Shown piece by piece: positions 7,756 to 16,100 of a DNA stretch of 20,000 nt. Under the pieces are notes generated by a model that worked only from the letters and a program-made list of their open reading frames with translations, ran no database searches and was not told the origin of the DNA. The position numbers were made by a program, and so were the translations under genes. The stretch's first letter is position 1; the number at the start of each line of letters is the position of its first letter. The stretch comes from an uncultured virus (IMG/VR IMGVR_UViG_3300006868_000018) (Duplodnaviria; Heunggongvirae; Uroviricota; Caudoviricetes), in the IMG/VR virus record IMGVR_UViG_3300006868_000018, positions 53,915 through 73,914 of that record, one strand, 5' to 3'.

Positions 7756-9585
7756 ATGACTACAACAATTAAATCCTCTGCACTAGACTTCAACAACATC
7801 AAGAACAACCTGAAGAATTACTTGATTGAACGAGGAGAGTTTGCAGATTATAATTTCGAGACATCCGCACTCTCCAACCTGTTGGACGTTCTTGCGTACA
7901 ACACTCACCTGAATGGTCTTACCGCCAACTTTGCATTAAACGAGTCATTCCTCTCTACTGCACAACTTCGTAGTTCTCTGGTATCTCTTGCAGAGGGTAT
8001 TGGATATATTCCTGATTCTAAGACATCCGCTGAGGCGAGGATTCGAATGGCGTTGAACTTGTCTTCAATCGAAGACAGACAAGACTCTATCAGTCTCGCG
8101 TCTGGGTTTGAATTTACTTCGGTCATTGACTCAACGATATACAGATTTCAGACTCAAGAGACTATTATTGCAACGGATGATGGAGCGGGATATTACAGAT
8201 TCGCCACCTTAGATGGTAACGTCAACATTCCTATCTACGAGGGGACGCAACAGACTCGTACCTTTATCGCGGGTGAAAATGATGAGTACGCTCTCTACAT
8301 AATTCCTGATCCCAATATGGACATCAACACCGCTGTCGTAAAAGTCTACGAGAGTCCTACGTCATCAAACTTTGTGACATACACTAATATTCTTAAGGCG
8401 ACAACGATCAGTGAACAGTCAACCCTTTATATCCTGAAAGAGACACCCAACGGATACTTCGAACTATCGTTCGGTAACGGTACTACTCTGGGGCAAACAC
8501 CTGAGGCGGGATATAAGATTGTGGTGGACTATCTGTCTTGTAACGGAGTTAACGGTAATGATGGTGTTATCTTCCAACCCCAAACACAAATCAAGATTAA
8601 CAACACCACTTACAGAACACCTTCGGTAACAACCAGAAGTAAATCGGTTGGTGGTGCGGAGAAGGAGTCCTTGGAGTCCATTCGTAAGAATGCGCCTTAC
8701 CAGTACGCCGCACAAAACAGGATGGTAACTCACGTTGACTATTCTTCTCTTGTACTGCGGAACTTTTCAAACCTAATCTATGACATCAAGGCGTGGGGTG
8801 GAGAAGACAACACCGAACCAGAATTTGGAACTGTGTTCATGTCAATCAAGTTTAACGCTGATGTTCCTGCGGATCGTATTGAAATCACAAAGACTGCGGT
8901 TGAGGATCTGTCGAATCAACTGGGTGTCGCTTCTTTTGATATTAAGTTTACTGATCCTATCATCACTTATGTAGAACCGGAAGTGTTCTTCCAGTTTAAC
9001 CCAAGACTGACCACACTGTCAATTAACACGATTCAGGACAGGGTACGTAAAGTCATTAACAACTACTTTACCGGAGCGGTGGGTAAATTTGAAACCTCTT
9101 TCCGTAGATCAAACATGTTAGCGTTGATCGATGAAGTCAGTCCTGCGGTACTATCATCTCGTGCAAACATTAGAATGCAACAGAGACTTACTCCTGCACT
9201 GACTCAGGAGAAAGATTACACATTTACTTTCCCTGTTCCGATTGCGGATCCTGATGACGTACAGTATCGTATCACTTCTGGTTCTTTCAACTTTAGAAAC
9301 CAGACGTGTCAGTTAAGAAACAAACTGTCAAGTAACAAGTTACAGGTTGTTAACCTTGCCACCAATAAAATTGTTGTTGACAACGTTGGAACATATAATG
9401 CAACGCTAGGTATTGTCAACATTATTGGACTACAGGTTGACTCTCTTGTGGGTGGTGGGACAACAATAAAGATTGCGGTAGTTCCTGCAAACCAGAGTGC
9501 GATCACTCCACTCAGAGAATACATTTTGGAACAAGACGTTGATCGTACTACCGCTAAGGGTGTACTAGTAACTGCGACTAATTAA
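7756..9585 (+). CDS. gp6: Baseplate wedge subunit gp6
   Basis: LDFNNIKNNLKNYL...DYNFETSALSNLLDVLAYNTH...NESFLSTAQLRSSLVSLA..IGY.P, FGNG..G, GGAEKESLESIRKNAP..YAAQNRMVT..DY, AWGGED. Length 609 aa. Confidence 0.95.
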   Translation: MTTTIKSSALDFNNIKNNLKNYLIERGEFADYNFETSALSNLLDVLAYNTHLNGLTANFALNESFLSTAQLRSSLVSLAEGIGYIPDSKTSAEARIRMALNLSSIEDRQDSISLASGFEFTSVIDSTIYRFQTQETIIATDDGAGYYRFATLDGNVNIPIYEGTQQTRTFIAGENDEYALYIIPDPNMDINTAVVKVYESPTSSNFVTYTNILKATTISEQSTLYILKETPNGYFELSFGNGTTLGQTPEAGYKIVVDYLSCNGVNGNDGVIFQPQTQIKINNTTYRTPSVTTRSKSVGGAEKESLESIRKNAPYQYAAQNRMVTHVDYSSLVLRNFSNLIYDIKAWGGEDNTEPEFGTVFMSIKFNADVPADRIEITKTAVEDLSNQLGVASFDIKFTDPIITYVEPEVFFQFNPRLTTLSINTIQDRVRKVINNYFTGAVGKFETSFRRSNMLALIDEVSPAVLSSRANIRMQQRLTPALTQEKDYTFTFPVPIADPDDVQYRITSGSFNFRNQTCQLRNKLSSNKLQVVNLATNKIVVDNVGTYNATLGIVNIIGLQVDSLVGGGTTIKIAVVPANQSAITPLREYILEQDVDRTTAKGVLVTATN

Positions 9586-9594
9586 GGTATTTAG

Positions 9595-10647
9595 ATGGCG
9601 CACCTACGTGACAGAACTCTATTAGATATAGGAAGACGTAATCTTAACGTACAAGACTACTATATCGAAGAGGTCATACCGGATTGGATTGTCCAAGATT
9701 ATCCCAATCTGGTAAACTTCATAAAAGAGTATTATTCGTTTGAGGAAGATGACCTATCTCCCTCACATATCATCAAGCAGTTATTCTTTGCACGTGATAT
9801 TACGCAAACTGAATTGGAACTATTGTCGTTCATTGAGGACGAACTTCTTCTTGGTCAAGCGTACTTCGAAGGGTTCCCTGATAAAAGAGAGGCCGCAAAA
9901 TACTCGAATACACTTTATCGTTCGAAGGGTACGAAGTTCACGATACAACAGTTCTTCCGTACATTCTTTCAGATTGACCCCGATGTCATCTACGGTAAAG
10001 AACAAGTTTTCTTTGTTGGTGAAGATCACATTGGTCCAGAGTCTCAGAGGTACTTAACCAACGACAAACTATATCAGATGTTCGCCATCCTGATTAAGAC
10101 AGAACTCTCTATAGAGACGTGGAGAGAGGTATACAAATTATTTGCACACCCTGCGGGAATGTATCTTGGGGGTGAGGTACAGATCGTTACCTCCGTGGAT
10201 ATGGATATTGAAGATCAACCAAATCCGGGCGTATTCGATGTACCGCCATTTATTATCGAAACAGAGGCTGCAATAACTCCGATTGCGAGAACAAGTGCAA
10301 CTGGTCTGTTCGATTTCAACGCACCAGACGGGACAACGCAATTGTTTAGAACGACACTGGGTAACCAGACAACACAACCGAATCAGTACGGTAACGATCT
10401 TAGTGACGTTAAGGATGCGACTCTCGAAGAGGTCGCCAACTTGTACACCAGTATCGCTGAGATGATCGAAGTCGATTCTCCGACTCTTGATGAAGATTCG
10501 GATGGTAACACTGGTGCAGTTTCACACAGTGGTTTCGATATCAGTTCTACAGAAACTATCGACCAAGACAAGTTTGATTGGAAGGATTCGGACGATATCA
10601 GTAACCTTGACGAATTATTTGATTCAGATTACAACAACAATCTGTAA
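9595..10647 (+). CDS. gp7: Short gp7-like baseplate wedge initiator
   Basis: Directly follows gp6. IPDWIVQDYPNLVNFIKEYYSF, LYRSKGTKFTIQQFFRTFF, YQMFAILIKT...WREVYKLFAHPAGM are motifs of gp7-like proteins in T4-like phages. Confidence 0.75.
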   Translation: MAHLRDRTLLDIGRRNLNVQDYYIEEVIPDWIVQDYPNLVNFIKEYYSFEEDDLSPSHIIKQLFFARDITQTELELLSFIEDELLLGQAYFEGFPDKREAAKYSNTLYRSKGTKFTIQQFFRTFFQIDPDVIYGKEQVFFVGEDHIGPESQRYLTNDKLYQMFAILIKTELSIETWREVYKLFAHPAGMYLGGEVQIVTSVDMDIEDQPNPGVFDVPPFIIETEAAITPIARTSATGLFDFNAPDGTTQLFRTTLGNQTTQPNQYGNDLSDVKDATLEEVANLYTSIAEMIEVDSPTLDEDSDGNTGAVSHSGFDISSTETIDQDKFDWKDSDDISNLDELFDSDYNNNL

Positions 10648-10653
10648 TACTAG

Positions 10654-10661
10654 TATAAATA
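10654..10661 (+). promoter_or_regulatory. T4-type late promoter
   Basis: Exact TATAAATA in the 42-nt intergenic gap before the ATG at 10690. Confidence 0.85.
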
Positions 10662-10689
10662 GACGTATAGGATTTTAGGGTAACTAAAG

Positions 10690-11733
10690 ATGACAAGACA
10701 ACTTCTTAATAGAGGGACTACCGCCAACGATGGTACAGGTGATACACTTCGTGCGGCAACCCTAAAGATAGAACAAAACCTTACCGAACTCTACCTCAAA
10801 CTGGGTGGAGACAGTACCGTTTTGATGCCACAAGTCTCGTTTGATAGTAACCACTTAGTTTTTGATAGTGCAACTTATGAAGTAAGGTTGGGACCACCTA
10901 CACCGACTTCAAATCAAATTTTGACACTACCAGATCATACTGGTGTGTTGATTTCAGACTCGGCGACACAGACCCTCACAAACAAAACTTTAGTTACTCC
11001 GTATTTCAAATCATTGGGACCGGACTCTTCTGCCGCAATTAAAATTTGGGACACAGACTCAAGTCACACATATGATCTGGTGTCTTCGAACATTGCGGCA
11101 AGTCGTACAATCACATTACCCCCATTGACTGATAGTGATGAGTTTACGTTCAACAATCACCAACAGACACTAACAAATAAAGAACTTCACGCACCCGTCA
11201 TCGAAAATGCGAAGATTGGTGGTGTTTCGGGAGGCGGTAACTTCCAAGACAGTAATGGTAATGAGTATCTGGAATTTGCGAGAACTGCTGGGGCGATTAA
11301 CCACGTTAAGATTCAGAACAACACAAACAACAACCCACCCACAATTTCTGCCGTTGGAGATGATAACCACATCGATCTGGATATTCAGTCCAAGGGATCA
11401 GGTGCAATTAAGTTGTCTACCAGACTGCAACTTGGGTATGAAAACTTTACTACCGCAACCGGAGGATCTGTAAACACAAACGTTCCTTTAACTTGGTTTA
11501 ACTTGGGTAGTGGTATCACGTGTGGTATGGGGGATCTATCAAACGACGATAAAGGTACAATTAAGTATCTTATAAATCAGAATAGTGGATCGGCGGTAAT
11601 CACACCAACTAATTTGCAAAATTATTCGACGATTACATTACTCGTAAATCAATCTGCTACATGTCTTTGGGACGGAACGGAATGGATTGTGTTGAACGTT
11701 GGTGGTGATTCTGAAGGCGCTATATTGGCATAA
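10690..11733 (+). CDS. gp9/gp10-like baseplate tail-fibre connector / short fibre protein
   Basis: N-terminus RQLLNRGTTANDGTGDTLRAATLKIEQNLTELY matches the gp9/gp10 N-terminal motif (DGTGD.LR...KIN.NF.ELY). Contains two QTLTNKxL fibre repeats and a C-terminal ...WDGTEWIV module. Confidence 0.75.
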   Translation: MTRQLLNRGTTANDGTGDTLRAATLKIEQNLTELYLKLGGDSTVLMPQVSFDSNHLVFDSATYEVRLGPPTPTSNQILTLPDHTGVLISDSATQTLTNKTLVTPYFKSLGPDSSAAIKIWDTDSSHTYDLVSSNIAASRTITLPPLTDSDEFTFNNHQQTLTNKELHAPVIENAKIGGVSGGGNFQDSNGNEYLEFARTAGAINHVKIQNNTNNNPPTISAVGDDNHIDLDIQSKGSGAIKLSTRLQLGYENFTTATGGSVNTNVPLTWFNLGSGITCGMGDLSNDDKGTIKYLINQNSGSAVITPTNLQNYSTITLLVNQSATCLWDGTEWIVLNVGGDSEGAILA

Positions 11734-11748
11734 AATAGGACGAGATAA

Positions 11749-13161
11749 ATGGCTGCGGTTATTACAGATAAATTAAAAAAACAACTCCTTGTTGACATAT
11801 ATAAGGATTTTAAAGATTCCGATAATTACTATTATGCGGGAATTGGTCGTTCTCAGGATTGGAATGATTCTGATGTTGCACCTGTTCCTCATAATACTGT
11901 TCGGGATGAAAGAAACCTTCGTCTTGATTTACAGTCAGTAAAAAATATCACAGACATTTCCTTTGTCGTTCCTCGTGAGAACTGGGTATCTGGTGCGGTT
12001 TATTCTGGATACAACGATAACCAAGACGGTTATCCCACAAACTCCTATTACGCCATGAACGATAACCAACAGGTTTATATCTGTCTGCAACAGAGTAGAA
12101 CAAACGCCAACCCGCCTCAGGTAATCGCATCTACAATTCAACCAACAGGAAACACTGAGGGTACTCCGTTCCGAACTGTGGACGGTTACATGTGGAAATT
12201 CCTGTACTCTATTGGTGCATTGAAGGCGTCTAAGTTTATTTCGTCTGCGTACATTCCCGTTGCGAAAATGCAAGACAGTTCAGGTGCGACACTTCTGTTA
12301 GATCAAATTGGAGTTGACTCCGACTCTCCTGCGGAAGACGTAGAACAACAACTGATTCAACAGGCTGCGGTTGGTGGACAGATTTTGGGTTACACTATTG
12401 TAAATGGTGGAACCGGATATACAAGTGCACCTACTGCCACAATAGTTGGAGACGGTACAAACGCAAAGGCGGTTGTTGAGACTGCGGGTAACACAATCAC
12501 TAAAGTTTATGTCAAGGATAGTTCCGATGGTTCTATCGCATTCGGTCAAAACTATACTTACGCAAACGTAACCTTGACTGGTGGTGGTGGCGCCGGTGGG
12601 TCAATCAGACCCATCATTGGACCCGAAAAAGGACTTGGTTTTGATGCACGTAATGACCTCAAGTCTTCTGCAATTATGTTTAACACTAAACCAGATGGTG
12701 GTGAGGCGGTAAATGGTAAGAACACATTTGTTGTGTCACAAGATTTCCGTCAAATCGGATTGTTCAAGAACATCATGAAATCTCAATTGGTGGATTCTGC
12801 ATTTACAGAAGAGACCGGACTTGCACTCAACTCTCTAGACTTAACTTCAATTACGGATGGTCCTTTTGTAAACGACCTCGTAATTCAAGGTGGTACTTCT
12901 GGTGCTAAGGCATACATTGTCGATACAGACTCGAACAGTGTGTTTATCTCACAGAACGAATACACCGGATTTACGGTATTCGATTCTGGCGAAACTATCT
13001 CTATCGTAGAGGGTGGTGGTGCAACTACTGCTACAGTGGACAAGGTTCTTACGGGAGTTGTAGATAAACACTCCGGAGAACTTCTATATATTGATAACCG
13101 CGCAGCGGTCTTTAGGTCTAACGATCAGACCGAAGATATTAAAATAGTAATTCAACTCTAA
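11749..13161 (+). CDS. gp8: Baseplate wedge subunit gp8
   Basis: YAGIGRSQDW, VVPRENWVSGAVYSGY, YYAMN...VYICL, PT......RTVDGYMWKFLYSI, DFRQIGL.KN and terminal SGELLYIDNR...RS.DQTEDIKIVIQL. Confidence 0.92.
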   Translation: MAAVITDKLKKQLLVDIYKDFKDSDNYYYAGIGRSQDWNDSDVAPVPHNTVRDERNLRLDLQSVKNITDISFVVPRENWVSGAVYSGYNDNQDGYPTNSYYAMNDNQQVYICLQQSRTNANPPQVIASTIQPTGNTEGTPFRTVDGYMWKFLYSIGALKASKFISSAYIPVAKMQDSSGATLLLDQIGVDSDSPAEDVEQQLIQQAAVGGQILGYTIVNGGTGYTSAPTATIVGDGTNAKAVVETAGNTITKVYVKDSSDGSIAFGQNYTYANVTLTGGGGAGGSIRPIIGPEKGLGFDARNDLKSSAIMFNTKPDGGEAVNGKNTFVVSQDFRQIGLFKNIMKSQLVDSAFTEETGLALNSLDLTSITDGPFVNDLVIQGGTSGAKAYIVDTDSNSVFISQNEYTGFTVFDSGETISIVEGGGATTATVDKVLTGVVDKHSGELLYIDNRAAVFRSNDQTEDIKIVIQL

Positions 13162-13173
13162 GGTTGTGAAGAA

Positions 13174-16100
13174 ATGGTAAAACCGTATACAGAACAGATT
13201 TTTAGAACTTCCTATAAGGATGATTTTAAAGATAGTGATAACTATCATCGAATCCTCTTTAACAGTGGACGTGCACTTCAGGCCCGTGAGTTAACTCAAC
13301 TTCAAACCATAATCCAATCGGAGATTGAGAGGTTTGCAAGTAACATCTTTGTTGATGGTGCACCTGTAAATCCAGGCGGTATGTCACACTATAATGACCT
13401 ACCGTTTATTAAAATTGCAGCGACTACCCCTTTACCCGCAGATAAAACAACTCTGAGAAACGTAATTCTCACAGGTGGTCAATCAGGACTGAAGGTAAAG
13501 GTAGTACATGCTATTGCCGCAGATACCAATACGGGTGATCCCGAAACACTTTACGTTCAATATCTGGACGCTGGAGACCAAGCGGATTCTGATGGGTTCG
13601 GTGGACCAGTTTTAGCAACCAACCCAAGAGTAACGCCCGGCGAAACGTTGACTGGTAATATTGGACTGTCAGCAGTAGCCTTTGACGTACAAACAACCAA
13701 CACTTCAACAAACCCCGCAATCGGATTGGGTAACCTTTTTGAAGTAAACGCTGGTAGTTTCTATGTTCAGGGACACTTCGTGTTCAACGAAAATCAAATT
13801 ATTGTCACACAGAAGTATGCACAAAACTTTACTGGAGAGGTTGGATTTAAGGTTACGCAAGACATTGTAACTTCTTCTGATAACGAGGCGTTGTTTGACA
13901 ACCAAGGTGCGACTCCAAACAGATCCTCGCCCGGCGCTGATCGATACAGAATTAGATTAACTCTTATTAAGAAAACAGATCTTGCGGCAGACGAAAACTA
14001 TGTACGTGCGGCGAATATTTACCTTGGTGTGATTACCAGTCAGGCGAAGAAGGTTGATGGTTTCAATTCGGTAAAAGATTTTGTCGCTGTACGAAATAAA
14101 GAGATTTCTGGTAACTTCATTAAGAAGTATTTCAAGGCGAACTTTACACCCAATGATGATGACACATTCAAATTAAAGGTAACGCCTGGCACCGCATACA
14201 TTAATGGTTATCGTGTTGATATCAGAGCACCTTCTACACTTCTGGTAGACAGACCAAAACAGACGTATACCTTTAACAACGAAAGTGTGCCGGTTGATTA
14301 CGGTAACTACTTTGTGGTATCTAATACGGCTGGTGGTCAAGGTATGCCCGATTTCGGTTCGTGTGAAGAGATGACTCTTTATGATTCCGCAAATCTTGGT
14401 GGTACTGCAATTGGTACATGTAGAGCCCGTGCAATTACAGAGTGGCAGAACGGTCTCTATAAGTTACACGTGTTTAACATTCGAATCACCACAGCGAACA
14501 AGAGTTCGAGAGATGTTCGTTCGTTCGGTAGTGCGGGAACATACTACAACAACTATGTAGCGAACAACCAGACTCTTTTTGATACCAAGAAAAAGAAACT
14601 GATGTTTGACCTTCCCTTCCCAAGACCTCAGTCTTTCAGTGATATGTCTGTCACGGGTCAAAGGGTAAAGAGTGGTACAGCAGATGGTTCAGGTAACGTT
14701 ACAATAACATTAACCAGTCTTGACGAAGCGTTTACAAATACTGGTGATTGGGTAATCGCTAGTTCAACTGATGCGTTTGTTACGGGTTGGACTGTATCTG
14801 TTGGTGGAGGAGGAAACACTGCTACGATTAGTGGTCTGAGCAGCGGTACTATCTACGAGATTGCAACTTACGTTCGAAAGAGTAATGCAACTATTCGATC
14901 CAAGACTTTGCAAGAGACAACGACAACAGCGACTCTGGATTCGGATGGAAACGGAAACAAGTACATCGAACTTGGTAAGTCCGATATCTATCAACTTTTG
15001 AGAGTCCGAAAATACGACTCCGATGGTGATAACATCTTCGGTAACTTCATTCTCGACACGGGTTTGAAAGACACTCACTACGATGACGGTAGACTCATCT
15101 ACAAAAACACTGGTCTTGACTCAGATCAGGAACCAGTATTCGTTCGATACAAATATTTCGAACACGGTAACGGTGACTTCTTTGCTGTAAACTCCTATAC
15201 AGGACAGGTAAACTACAGAGATATTCCGGTACACAGAACAGATGATGGAAGACTTGTCTCACTTAGAGACGTAGTTGACTTCCGTCCTGCAACTAACGGT
15301 TCTGGATCTTTTAACGTTGTCAACGAACTACCACAACCTTCGGATCTAGTTTCCGCTGACGTGGCGTATTATGTTGGACGTAAAGACAAGTTGATTCTCT
15401 CTCAGAACGGTGAGTTGAGATACTTGCAAGGTGTTCCTGAGTTGGATCCTTCTTTCCCAACAACACCCGTTGACTGTATCGATTTGTATAAGTTCCACCT
15501 CGAACCTTTCACTCTTCACACCAAGGACTTGAAATCGCGTCTTCTTCCCATGAAGGGATACACAATGGAAGACATTGGTAAACTGGATAAGAGGATTGAT
15601 AAGGTAGAAGAGATGGCGACACTCTCTCTATTGGAGTTGTCAACCCTAAGTTTACAGGTACAAGACTCCAATGGTTTGAGTAGAACTAAGTCCGGTTTCT
15701 TTGTGGACAACTTTGCAAATCACCTATTCTCAGATACAAAGAACGTAGAGTATCGTGCGTCACTTGACCCACAAGAAAAACTTTTGCGTCCTTCACACAG
15801 AACACACAACATCGATTTGTTCTGGGATTCTGCACAGGCTGCACAAGATGCGGTGACTAAGAAAGGTGACTTGATATTACTTGATTATACCGAAGTTAAT
15901 TGGTTAGAACAACCTGTTGCGTCTAGGACAGAAAACCTAAACCCCTTCCACATCGAAAAGATCGAAGGACACATCGACTTGTCTCCCGCATCTGATCACT
16001 GGAGGGAGACGGAAATTGCAGCGCCTCACGTTATTGATCAGGGTGCGGTACTTGATACTTCTCAGGCGGTTCTTTGGAACTCGCACCAGTGGGATTGGGG

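Noticed and set aside
10648..10655. Palindrome TACTAGTA beside the late promoter
   Set aside because: Only 8 bp, not repeated at the other promoters, and no terminator-like stem with a U-tract.
11571..11578. TATAAATC near-match to the late promoter upstream of gp8
   Set aside because: One mismatch to the consensus and located within coding sequence, so it cannot be supported.
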